Positions 6,900 through 15,662 of a DNA stretch of 20,074 nucleotides are shown piece by piece. Below the pieces are notes generated by a model that saw only the letters and a list, made by a program, of their open reading frames with translations, was not told where the DNA came from and did no database searches. Each line of letters starts with the position of its first letter. Within the stretch, counting starts at the first letter, position 1. The DNA comes from a virus. Its lineage: Duplodnaviria > Heunggongvirae > Uroviricota > Caudoviricetes. The position numbers and the translations under genes were made by a program. Where the stretch lies: IMG/VR virus record IMGVR_UViG_3300013200_000006; one strand, given 5' to 3'.

Positions 6900-7292
6900 A
6901 TGACCACTTTTGAAGACGTATTTGAACTTAGCAACGACGACCTCATCTTCACCCACGAAGGCATCCGCTGCCTTGTCCGCATGGCTTTCCAAACTCTCAA
7001 TGGCTACATTGAACTGCCCGACGGACACCCTTGGATTGGTTCAGAATTCATGGATCACCCTGCGCAAGTACACGGTGGGGTTATTTTTATTGAAGGAAAC
7101 GTCCACGGCTTTGATACTAACCACCTAGGCGACCGCCCACACCCAGACTCCCCCGCGGTACAACAGGGACTTGTCGGAACCCTCGAAGAGTGGGACTATG
7201 TTACTGGCATGCCGTCTCGCGCATGGACTCAAGACATGGTTATTGGCGAGACTAAGAATTTCGCGCACCAAGCAGCACAAGCACAAAAATAG
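6900..7292 (+). CDS. conserved phage-type hypothetical protein, 130 aa
   Basis: Motifs NGYIELP..HPW, VHGG, GFD..H..D, seen in a widespread phage family of unknown function. Confidence 0.8.
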   Translation: MTTFEDVFELSNDDLIFTHEGIRCLVRMAFQTLNGYIELPDGHPWIGSEFMDHPAQVHGGVIFIEGNVHGFDTNHLGDRPHPDSPAVQQGLVGTLEEWDYVTGMPSRAWTQDMVIGETKNFAHQAAQAQK

Positions 7293-7351
7293 CCCCCTCT
7301 TCTCCCACCCCACACACACAAGAGGGGGGGGCAAGAAAAAGAAGGGGGCTA
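7290..7351. terminator. hairpin between convergent genes
   Basis: TAGCCCCCT/AGGGGGCTA inverted repeat. Confidence 0.5.
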
Positions 7352-7370
7352 GGCGCGCCGGGTACTGGGA

Positions 7371-8330
7371 TTATCCCAGTCCAATCTTCGAATACAAACG
7401 ATCAAACTGATCCGGCATGAAAATATACGCCAAAATAACCGACCAAAACACCACACCAAACACAATCGCCGGAATAGCAAAACCTAAAGCCTTGCCACTA
7501 GAAGACTTCGACTTCTCAGGATCACCCATATAGGCAAAGCGCAAAGTATCAAACGAAGACGCAACAGAAAACGCTCCCAGTGGGAAGAACAAGCCCAGGG
7601 CAAAGCAGGACAACAGCATGCGTGGCTTCGCTGGTTCCGGAAGCTCAGTGACGAGCACTTCACCAACAACCTCTTCCACCTGACGACGGTCCAACTCCAC
7701 TGGAGCAGTAGCATGGTCAGTGGTGTGCTGCGTATCGTCACCGCGGCCCTGCAACGGCTGCGGCATCACATCAGTGTGTGCAGACGGCTTATCGCGGTTG
7801 ACAAGAGAAGACAATGTTGTCCTGTCTTCGTCATGTGAAGCAGGTGCCGGAGCGTCGTCTGCAGAATCAAACTCCTGAGTATGTGCAGGCTCCTCGTCGA
7901 GTGCGTGGCGGCTCTCCCGCGGCTGAGGTTCCTGCATCTCGTCCTCATTTTCCACAAGTGCAGAAACCAGTGGGCGTCCCTCCGAGTTAGACGCAGTGGT
8001 ATCTGACTTAGCATCAGTGTCAGTGTCGTCGTAGTAGGAGCCGAGGTCAAAATCATCGTCGTCATCGTCATCAAGCGACAAATCCAGCCCAGTATCCGAA
8101 CTAGAAGTATCTGCTACAGGAGCAGTGTCGTCCTCGTCATCAGAGAAATTAAACTCCGGTGCAGGCCGTACCTCTTCCCGCGGCGGTGTGACTACCTCGC
8201 GGTCCTCCGCCTTATTCCCATAAGAGGCAGGAGAAGCAGTTGACGGGGCAGGCTGAGACGCGGTCTCTGAGGCATTATCGTCGGAGGTATCCCCGCCGTA
8301 GCGTTTCATTAACTCTTGAACAGAAGCCAT
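7371..8330 (-). CDS. membrane protein with acidic disordered N-terminus and C-terminal CD225/dispanin-like domain
   Basis: FFPLGAFSV...MGDPEKSKSSSGKA..FAIPAIVFG matches the two-hydrophobic-segment CD225 pattern. Confidence 0.75.
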   Translation of the reverse strand: MASVQELMKRYGGDTSDDNASETASQPAPSTASPASYGNKAEDREVVTPPREEVRPAPEFNFSDDEDDTAPVADTSSSDTGLDLSLDDDDDDDFDLGSYYDDTDTDAKSDTTASNSEGRPLVSALVENEDEMQEPQPRESRHALDEEPAHTQEFDSADDAPAPASHDEDRTTLSSLVNRDKPSAHTDVMPQPLQGRGDDTQHTTDHATAPVELDRRQVEEVVGEVLVTELPEPAKPRMLLSCFALGLFFPLGAFSVASSFDTLRFAYMGDPEKSKSSSGKALGFAIPAIVFGVVFWSVILAYIFMPDQFDRLYSKIGLG

Positions 8331-8336
8331 AAGTTA

Positions 8337-9929
8337 TTAGTCCTTATCGTATCCAGGAATCGTCAGGTCAAAATCATCGTCATCGTCGTCACCAAAGTCA
8401 AACTCTTCTACGTCATCATCATCGGAGACTGTGGACGAAGAAGAATCAGAAGATGAGCTTGATGCTGCTGACGATGAGCGGTACGAAGCAACTTCTTCAT
8501 CTGAAGCATACTCCAATCCTAACATCATTCCCGTTGGAGGGGTAATTATGGCCCAACCTTGACCCTCCAACTGCTCTTGTGCGGTATCACCCTCGGGGCG
8601 TTTCATGGTGGTTGATTGGGCACCCGCAGGCGCAGAGTTGTCAGGTTTTTGGGGCCGGAAACCCCCGCGGTTAATGGTCGGGGCAGGTTGTGGTTCGTTC
8701 GTCGGGGAAGGTTCAGTGCTGATGGGCTCTGGGGAAGTATCCTCAGTAGTGTTGTCTACAGACTCACTAGCAACCGGCTCCGGCGCAGCATCCTCAGCAG
8801 CATAATCTGCAGGCTCACCAGCAACCGGCTCCGCAGCAGGCTCCTCAGTGGTGGCAGCAAACGACTCAGACTCAAAACCATCAAGCAACGACGAAGGATC
8901 AGAGGACCCCAACTCGTCAGACACTGACTCATGCTCTAACGACCCAGCACGAATCTGCTCCGGCTGCACCTCATCGTCCTCATCTTCGTCGTCAGTAAAC
9001 AACCCCAACTCGTCATCAGAATCAGAAGAATCCTTGTCCTCCGCAGCATTACGAGCCAACAAGTCCGCAACCGACATACCACCCTCATGACCATGACGGC
9101 CCAAAGACTCAATCTCATCATCAACAGACACATCTTCAGTATCTGCCGCGCCGGGCTCCGGGGCCTGTGTTTCTTGCGTCTCGGGGGCCTGTTCTACAGA
9201 CTCGTCAACTACAAGGCGAGATCCGTCAGCCAAGTGGATCATACCGCTTGGCTCATCAGTAGACGGCTGGTAGAACACAAGGAAGTTGTCCGGTCGATTG
9301 TCAGGGCTGTGCAGGGTGGATGCGAGCTCAGCATTAGATACTTCAACAACAGCATTGTGGCGCAGCTGGACGCTAACAAGTGGGGATTCTACATACACGT
9401 GCGCCGTATCGTAGCCGTGGGTAACACTTAGGTCGTACACATAGGCAGTAGAGTTGCCTCGAAGCTCCGCACGGGCACTATCGCGTACCGACAAAATGGA
9501 CTCGTCTGTTGCGGTTAACGCCGCATTTTCAAACCCTTGGATCATAGCCTGGCCGTGCGCGTATCCTTGTGCGTTGTTGTGCAAAATGCCGCGAGCTGCG
9601 TCGTTTGCTACAAGGACACCAGCGTCGAACATCAAAACGTTGGCCTGGCCGCTGGCAACAACATAGGAGTTGTTATAAGAATAGACACGTGCTTGGTCAC
9701 TGGCGAGGACAAGGACGTTGCCGTATGCGGATACGGAGCTGTCTCCGGAGGCTTTCACGACGATGGTTTCTGTTCCGGTGCCGTGGACTCGTAGTGTGCC
9801 TTGGTTGAGGTAGACGGTGTGGGCCGAGACGATGGTGGCCTCACCTGCGCCTGTGATGTAGGCTTCATTGTCGTAGAGTACAGGCGGCAAAGTATCAAAG
9901 TCGTATTCTTGAGCGTGGGGTGTGTCCAT
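8337..9929 (-). CDS. 530 aa protein: N-terminal 8-residue beta-helix repeats plus acidic disordered tail
   Basis: Repeats such as VKASGDSS, VSAYGNVL, VLASDQAR, VYSYNNSY; RBS GGAGG. Confidence 0.8.
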   Translation of the reverse strand: MDTPHAQEYDFDTLPPVLYDNEAYITGAGEATIVSAHTVYLNQGTLRVHGTGTETIVVKASGDSSVSAYGNVLVLASDQARVYSYNNSYVVASGQANVLMFDAGVLVANDAARGILHNNAQGYAHGQAMIQGFENAALTATDESILSVRDSARAELRGNSTAYVYDLSVTHGYDTAHVYVESPLVSVQLRHNAVVEVSNAELASTLHSPDNRPDNFLVFYQPSTDEPSGMIHLADGSRLVVDESVEQAPETQETQAPEPGAADTEDVSVDDEIESLGRHGHEGGMSVADLLARNAAEDKDSSDSDDELGLFTDDEDEDDEVQPEQIRAGSLEHESVSDELGSSDPSSLLDGFESESFAATTEEPAAEPVAGEPADYAAEDAAPEPVASESVDNTTEDTSPEPISTEPSPTNEPQPAPTINRGGFRPQKPDNSAPAGAQSTTMKRPEGDTAQEQLEGQGWAIITPPTGMMLGLEYASDEEVASYRSSSAASSSSSDSSSSTVSDDDDVEEFDFGDDDDDDFDLTIPGYDKD

Positions 9930-10042
9930 AGTGTCCTCCGTGTACAGGGGCGAGGTTTTTATCAGGATTTTTACTTCTTCTCCCGCTATACTAGCTTAAG
10001 TTGCCGGTTAATACGCAAATTTTGGAATTTTTGAAGGTTAGT

Positions 10043-10759
10043 ATGTTTGCTAAAAAAACTATTGCTGTAGGGGTTGCGGTCTCAACTATTTTTCTTAGCG
10101 GGTGTGATGCTATCAAGGACTATAGCCCTGATCTTGCTGGTGTGCTTGGTGGTGGTTCTAGTGAGGGCATTGATATTGATGTGGGTAGGTCGCTGGAGAC
10201 TTTGGATTATGTTTTCATCAACGACACGCCGCGGGCTCCGGTGTTTAGTCGGGAAAAGCAGTTTGGTTCTGCGTGGACAGATGATAACACTACGGAGTTG
10301 GGTGGTAATGGGTGCAATACCCGTGATGATGTGCTGGGTCGTGATTTAGAGGACGCGACGTTTGAAGACGAAGACGAGTGCGTGGTTTCTACCGGAACCC
10401 TAAAGAAGGATCCGTATACGGGGCGTGAGATTCGTTATCGCAAGGGCACAACGACGAGCCGTTTGGTGCAGGTGGATCATATTGTGTCTTTGGAGAATGC
10501 GTGGGATTCTGGTGCGTGGCAGTGGTCGCAGCAGGAGCGTGTGAATTATGCGAATGATACGTCGTTGTTGTTGGCGGTAGATGGTCCGGAGGCGCAGGAG
10601 AAGGCTGGTCGTGCGGCGGATCAGTGGCTTGTTCCGCATAATTCGGATTTCCAGTGCGCGTATGCTGCTTTGCAGGTAGATATTAAGGATACGTATGGGT
10701 TGTCGATGACGTCGGATGAGCGTGATGTGTTAAAGTCTGTGTTGGAACGTTGTAGTTAA
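10043..10759 (+). CDS. DUF1524/HNH-family (GmrSD C-terminal-like) lipoprotein, possibly nuclease-dead
   Basis: Start re-assigned to ATG 10043; lipobox FLSG-C; motifs FGSAWTD, GCNTRDDVL, DPYTG, VDHIVSL.NAWDSGA, AND, W, C; -10 TATACT at 9988. Confidence 0.85.
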   Translation: MFAKKTIAVGVAVSTIFLSGCDAIKDYSPDLAGVLGGGSSEGIDIDVGRSLETLDYVFINDTPRAPVFSREKQFGSAWTDDNTTELGGNGCNTRDDVLGRDLEDATFEDEDECVVSTGTLKKDPYTGREIRYRKGTTTSRLVQVDHIVSLENAWDSGAWQWSQQERVNYANDTSLLLAVDGPEAQEKAGRAADQWLVPHNSDFQCAYAALQVDIKDTYGLSMTSDERDVLKSVLERCS

Positions 10760-10777
10760 AAACGAAAGGAAACCGAC

Positions 10778-10978
10778 GTGTCTGTTGAGAGCATTGTTGC
10801 TGAGTTGAAGGAAGAAATTTCTGCTCTGTCTGATATTTATGCTGGCCGTGGTATGTATGACGGTGACGCGGAGGAGATTATGTACCGTGATCCTGCAGAG
10901 GATGACGGTGAGTCGTATTGTGATAATGCTATTTTGCAGACGAAGTTGGATGTGCTCCGTAAGCTTGAGCAGCTGTAA
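10778..10978 (+). CDS. acidic hypothetical protein, 66 aa
   Basis: GTG start with RBS GAAAGGA, followed by a terminator. Confidence 0.75.
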   Translation: MSVESIVAELKEEISALSDIYAGRGMYDGDAEEIMYRDPAEDDGESYCDNAILQTKLDVLRKLEQL

Positions 10979-10996
10979 TCGTTAGCGCCACAAAGG

Positions 10997-11028
10997 AAGC
11001 CCCGTAGCTAGTATGTTACGGGGCTTTT
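10997..11028. terminator. bidirectional intrinsic terminator
   Basis: AAGCCCCGTAGC/GTTACGGGGCTT between convergent genes. Confidence 0.75.
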
Positions 11029-11036
11029 GTTATACC

Positions 11037-13673
11037 TTAAATAACTCCGGCGTCCATGGCCTGGGAAGCGATCTTGTCGCCAAGTGTTTTCAGCGTTTGC
11101 CGCCACTTAGCGTAGTACTCATTGTAGACGTCGTTGTCTAAACGGTTTTTGCCGAAGACGAGAGCGTTGATTTGTTTCCAGCCTGCGTCCCAGGTTTGTA
11201 GTTGGAAGCGGGGGTGGATTGTGTGGTGGTCGGGGCGTTTGTTGAAGCTGGTTTCGGTGATGTGCCAGGCGAGGTTGAGGAGTGTGTGCGCTTCTTCGCT
11301 AAGGTCGTTGTGGTGGTCTGCAAGCCACTGGTAGACAAACCTGTCTGTTTCTCCGGCGATGTCTGCCTCAATGGTCGTGTTACGGTGCTTTTGTGCTAAC
11401 TGCTTCATGTCACGCACACTAAATGGGAAGAATTCATTGATTACGCGGTAGGTTTTGCCTTGGTATTCGTAGTCACGCAAGCTGGTTTGGTTCGATTGTC
11501 GATCAAATAGGGAGTAGACCACACAGTCCGCGACAAACTCCGGGGTGAGCAGTTCTTCTGGCGGACGGGTGAAAATGTCCTTGTCCCGAACCCACACTAG
11601 TTTCTTCTCCGCGATTACCTCCTGCACACTGCGACGAATACTGAACGTCACCGCGGCGCGAGTGAAATTGTCTTTGGACACATCGCGGCCATTCCCCTGT
11701 GCCACTCCCATAGTGAAAAGTCCAATGTACTTATCAGACTTGGCTACAGTATCTCCTGATTGCATCAAGACACCAAGCGCTCCATTGCCCATTCGAGATC
11801 TGTCTGTTTTAGTGCTCGGGGGTTCTAGTCCATTTTTAGTACCGGGATTATTAGATCCTGCTTTTTTCTGAGCAATCTCTCTAAACCAATTGCTAAGTGT
11901 CTCCCCGCGAGGTACATTACGTCCCGTCCACTCCGCCAACTTGTCGATGGACATGTCCTTGTTCGACTCCAATACGGTGTACGTGAACTCACGCTGGCTC
12001 GCCCCGCCGATCTCGAAGTGACTGAAAATAACGCCCCACGCTGAGCTGGTACCACTGAATTCCCCGGCGTTCAGCATAAAGCCGTCGCAGTAGGTGAACT
12101 CGGCGGTCAGCTCATTCACAAACTTGCCGAAGTTCGGACTGGTCAAAAATCCCTTATTGAAGAAGAAGAAGTGGAAGTCAGAGGTGTAGCCAAATACCTT
12201 TGCCAGCCCCTTAGTACGCCAAACGAACTGAGTATACAGCTCCATGCGGGCGTGACCCATACCGTCCATAAGCTCGCCCACAGCTGTGCTATTCACACCC
12301 GCTTTGTGATTCCGACCCTGCCCTGATCCCGACTGACCATACGGCGGATTAGCAAAAAACACAATCGGCTTATTCGCATACAACGCCTCCACCAACTCAC
12401 CCGGCACACCCAACTCCCCGCGCCGGGACATGTCTATAATATCCTCCGCGGTCACCTCCGGATCATGAAGAACCATGTCATCGTTCAAAAAATCATACTG
12501 AAACTTCACGCCCTCCGGGTTATAATCCGACGCGATCTCAAGCTCCTCACGAATCAACGTCGAACTATACAGTTCCCCAAACTTATAATCACGCGTCAAA
12601 TTCAACGCGCCCGCCGCGGGGTCCCACACCACGTAGCGTTGTTTCCAATCTTCACCCAGATCCTTCTCAATGTATTCGTGTGCCTTGTCTACCCAGCGGG
12701 GAGGGGTCCAGAAGTCTCCGGTGAAGCGTCGTTCTGTTTCTTCGATGAGTGTGTCTGCAATCTCAGTCACAGCCTTAATTTCGTCGAGGGTGTAGACGCC
12801 TACTTGGTACTGTGCCCAGAAGTGTTCGAAGCGATACGTGTCAACGGTAATGGTTTTCGTTTTCCACAACAAGGTATTTGGCTTCTTCGGATGCGGAAAA
12901 ACATCATCACACCCACGCAAAATGTCAATAAACAAAGAAATCTCATCCTTGTTCTTCAACCCTGTCGCATCCGTACCCAACACCTCCATCTTAAACCGCG
13001 TAAACACATGGTCTAAACTATCCTTATTGATCGGCACACGAAAAGGCGCAGACCCCTGGCCCATCGCGTCGATAGACCAAATAAACATATCCGCGTCAAA
13101 CCCGGTGCGAATATCATGCACATATGGGTGCTGAATATTGTGATCATTAATCAAATCAGCAAGTAGGGAACCGTCTTTGTACATAGTCGATGCGGAAAAC
13201 TCATCCCACGCGTAGGAATCGTCTGCCACATATTTTTCCAACGCGGCGGTGCGTAGACCAAAAACCTCATTGTTGTCGCATACCACCACAACTGTGGGCA
13301 CAGCAGAATCTGTTGCTAAACGTCGCAAGTAGGCACACACTTGCGCATACACCACGGCGCGGTCCTTTTTAGATTCCGACAAGGAGAGATCGCGCTTAGC
13401 TTCAACCAGCAAAGCATAAGGGTTTTCTACCCCGGTGACATGGAAGTATCCGTCGGTGCTATGCCGGTAGTCGTGGACAATGTTGCCGCTGGGATAAATG
13501 GTGGTTAAGGCATCCTGGAGTAGTTCGTTGATTGCGTGCTCAACGGTTTTCTCTACGTCTTGGCTGTGGCTTGCAGATGTGAGGGTTGCAATGAATTTTT
13601 CTGTCTGCTTTGTGGACAGGATTCGGTAGTGGGCGGGGGCGTAGGTGGTCACAGGTTTTTCAACTTTCCTCAC
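11037..13673 (-). CDS. fused restriction endonuclease / N6-adenine methyltransferase (type IIG-like), 878 aa
   Basis: N-terminal TDG...LVEAK...AQVCAY (PD-(D/E)xK), FWTP, motif I VWDPAAG, motif IV NPPY, C-terminal putative TRD. Confidence 0.85.
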   Translation of the reverse strand: MRKVEKPVTTYAPAHYRILSTKQTEKFIATLTSASHSQDVEKTVEHAINELLQDALTTIYPSGNIVHDYRHSTDGYFHVTGVENPYALLVEAKRDLSLSESKKDRAVVYAQVCAYLRRLATDSAVPTVVVVCDNNEVFGLRTAALEKYVADDSYAWDEFSASTMYKDGSLLADLINDHNIQHPYVHDIRTGFDADMFIWSIDAMGQGSAPFRVPINKDSLDHVFTRFKMEVLGTDATGLKNKDEISLFIDILRGCDDVFPHPKKPNTLLWKTKTITVDTYRFEHFWAQYQVGVYTLDEIKAVTEIADTLIEETERRFTGDFWTPPRWVDKAHEYIEKDLGEDWKQRYVVWDPAAGALNLTRDYKFGELYSSTLIREELEIASDYNPEGVKFQYDFLNDDMVLHDPEVTAEDIIDMSRRGELGVPGELVEALYANKPIVFFANPPYGQSGSGQGRNHKAGVNSTAVGELMDGMGHARMELYTQFVWRTKGLAKVFGYTSDFHFFFFNKGFLTSPNFGKFVNELTAEFTYCDGFMLNAGEFSGTSSAWGVIFSHFEIGGASQREFTYTVLESNKDMSIDKLAEWTGRNVPRGETLSNWFREIAQKKAGSNNPGTKNGLEPPSTKTDRSRMGNGALGVLMQSGDTVAKSDKYIGLFTMGVAQGNGRDVSKDNFTRAAVTFSIRRSVQEVIAEKKLVWVRDKDIFTRPPEELLTPEFVADCVVYSLFDRQSNQTSLRDYEYQGKTYRVINEFFPFSVRDMKQLAQKHRNTTIEADIAGETDRFVYQWLADHHNDLSEEAHTLLNLAWHITETSFNKRPDHHTIHPRFQLQTWDAGWKQINALVFGKNRLDNDVYNEYYAKWRQTLKTLGDKIASQAMDAGVI

Positions 13674-13719
13674 ATAGGGGGTGGTTAAGGAAAGTATATG
13701 CGGTGATTTTTCTAAAATG

Positions 13720-13770
13720 GGTACAAAATCGTTGCGATCATAAGAGTCATTGCGATCATAAGGTACAAAA
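13720..13770. repeat. nested direct repeats upstream of the R-M gene
   Basis: TTGCGATCATAAG at 13732 and 13750 (18-bp period), flanked by GGTACAAAA at 13720 and 13762. Confidence 0.8.
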
Positions 13771-13825
13771 ATTTACCCCCTCCTACCCCGGAGTCGGGCA
13801 GAAGAGGGCACAACCCTCGCACTAT

Positions 13826-14551
13826 CTAGAGGTCAGAAAAGACGCTAAACACGTCACTCTTCTGACCGATCATATCCCACATAGCCTCACCAGACTTCTC
13901 CATCCGTACGCCGTCAGCACGGAACCGGATCACAGGAAACAGCATGTCAGTTTCAAAAATACGAGACAATTCTCGCTCGGACTGCGTGGTAGCAACGAGA
14001 TGCACTCCTAACGAACGCCCAACGCGGGTGATTGTTTCAGCAATGCGCACAACACTGTTGCCGCGGTCCCCATGCTCTGCGTCCCTCAGCAAATGCAGGA
14101 GGTCATCGACGACCACAATGTGACGTGGTGGGATAGTGGGGTAGTCGGATGCCTCTAGTTCGCTCATGTTGCGAAAACCTGCTTGCTCTAGAATGTCTTG
14201 ACGCTCAATAAACTCCTTATCAATCTCCTCCAACAGGTCCACGGCTTCGGAGAAACTCGTTGCGGGGTAGTTGCTGGAGTAGCTGTCTCGGTGTGAAATG
14301 TATGTGGCAGAGAATTTATCTGGGAACTGCTCTGCGGTGCGCAAGTAGTTATTCACCAGGACAGATTTTCCAGATCCCGTAGGGCCTTCGACAAGTACGT
14401 GTGCAGCCAGGGGCCTAGTTAGGGTGTGTGCTGCATAGACATCACCGTAGGCGATGCCTTCGCGGTTTCTGTACTTGCCAAGGAGAACGGCGCGATCTTT
14501 GGCGGCATCATGGGCGAGTGTGTCGAAGTTTTCAATATTGTTAGGGTTCAA
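13826..14551 (-). CDS. stand-alone FtsK/SpoIIIE (EccC-like) ATPase domain protein, 241 aa, copy 1
   Basis: TTG start at 14551 with RBS AAGGAG; Walker A GPTGSGKS, Walker B IVVVDD, GRSLGVHLVATTQ; -10 TACAAT 14618-14613. Confidence 0.85.
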   Translation of the reverse strand: MNPNNIENFDTLAHDAAKDRAVLLGKYRNREGIAYGDVYAAHTLTRPLAAHVLVEGPTGSGKSVLVNNYLRTAEQFPDKFSATYISHRDSYSSNYPATSFSEAVDLLEEIDKEFIERQDILEQAGFRNMSELEASDYPTIPPRHIVVVDDLLHLLRDAEHGDRGNSVVRIAETITRVGRSLGVHLVATTQSERELSRIFETDMLFPVIRFRADGVRMEKSGEAMWDMIGQKSDVFSVFSDL

Positions 14552-14684
14552 AGTTTTCTCCTTGTGTATTGGGGTTGGAAAAGTGCAAAAGACATGGTCG
14601 GTATCTTTTCTTATTGTACATTGTTTTATCGAAAATGTCTCATTAAACCCCGCCCGTGAGAGCGAGAAATAGGTCACAGGGCAC

Positions 14685-14728
14685 AAAAATATGCCCCTCC
14701 TGCCCAAGCGAGGCAGAAAAGGGCATAT
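14685..14728 (-). terminator. intrinsic terminator of ATPase copy 2
   Basis: ATATGCCC..CTGCC/GGCAG..GGGCATAT with T tail on the minus strand. Confidence 0.65.
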
Positions 14729-14739
14729 CCTCGCACTAT

Positions 14740-15462
14740 TTATAGGTCAGAAAAGACGCTAAACACGTCACCCGTCTGACCGCCTACTTCCCACACAGCT
14801 TCACCAGAATTAGCCATCGACACACCGTCAGCATGGAACCGGATCATAGATGGGAACAGAGCAGTACAAGAAGCGTACGGCAATGCGCGGTGGGACTGTG
14901 TGGTAGCCACCAAATGCACACCTAGCCCGCGTCCAAGACGACCGATACTCTCAATATGGTGAGCAAGGCGATTACGATCTGAGAAATCAGCTGCACTCAG
15001 GAAATAATCAAGACCGTCAATGACTACAAGAAGACGCGCTGGGGCAGTGTTGTCACCAGACCGCTCCAGTTCGTCAATGCTAAAGACATTGGCGTCTTCC
15101 AGGATAGATTGTCGACGAGCGAGCTCATTGTCCACCTCGTCGAGCTTCTCAATTACCTGCGCGGCGTCGGTCTTGGTGTATTTACCATTGTAACTGTCTC
15201 GAACTCCGAAGTACGCGACAGAAAACTTGTCCGGGAATGCATCTGCGGTGCGCAAGTAGTTTTCTACCAGGACAGACTTTCCAGCCCCAGCGCGGCCTTC
15301 GATGAGTACGTGTGCTGTCAAAGGGTTGGTGAGGTCGTGTGCTGCATAAGCGTTGCCGTAGGTTGTTCCTGCACGATTCTTGTAGCTGCCAAGGAGGATG
15401 GTGTGGTCCTTGGCAGCATCACGGGTGAGTGTGTCGAAGTTTTCGATGGTGTTAGGGTTCAA
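14740..15462 (-). CDS. stand-alone FtsK/SpoIIIE (EccC-like) ATPase domain protein, 240 aa, copy 2
   Basis: TTG start at 15462 with RBS AAGGAG; Walker A GRAGAGKS, Walker B LVVIDG, GRGLGVHLVATTQ; -10 TACAAT 15531-15526. Confidence 0.85.
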   Translation of the reverse strand: MNPNTIENFDTLTRDAAKDHTILLGSYKNRAGTTYGNAYAAHDLTNPLTAHVLIEGRAGAGKSVLVENYLRTADAFPDKFSVAYFGVRDSYNGKYTKTDAAQVIEKLDEVDNELARRQSILEDANVFSIDELERSGDNTAPARLLVVIDGLDYFLSAADFSDRNRLAHHIESIGRLGRGLGVHLVATTQSHRALPYASCTALFPSMIRFHADGVSMANSGEAVWEVGGQTGDVFSVFSDL

Positions 15463-15563
15463 GGGTTTCTCCTTGTGTGTCGGGGGGGTGCAAAAGTACA
15501 AAAGACATGGTCGGTGTCCTTTTTGATTGTACATTGTTTTAATGATTTGGTGTTAAAAACATC

Positions 15564-15606
15564 AAAAAGAACCCTTGCTGTCGGGCGGTTGGCAACAAGG
15601 GTTCTT
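15564..15606 (-). terminator. intrinsic terminator
   Basis: AAGAACCCTTG/CAAGGGTTCTT with T tail on the minus strand. Confidence 0.7.
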
Positions 15607-15662
15607 GCGGCAGAACGGCTCAGAAAAGAACCTTAAACTCGCTGCGGCTATGCTGAACCCGA

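Larger units (their letters stand above)
13764..15541. repeat. diverged tandem duplication of a roughly 0.86-kb promoter-gene-terminator cassette (13764-14628 and 14683-15541)
   Basis: Shared AGGTCAGAAAAGACGCTAAACACGTCAC, CAAAAGACATGGTCGGT, ATTGTACATTGTTTTA and homologous terminators. Confidence 0.9.

Noticed and set aside
6648..7028. 126-aa minus-strand ORF
   Set aside because: Runs through tRNA-Glu and antisense to a conserved gene
13720..13770. Possible CRISPR array or iterons
   Set aside because: Only two 13-bp units with a 5-bp gap; no cas or rep gene; no CRISPR array seen anywhere in the window
15607..15660. Possible third small RNA between the HTH gene and its terminator
   Set aside because: Weak pairing and no correctly placed promoter; likely a 3' UTR
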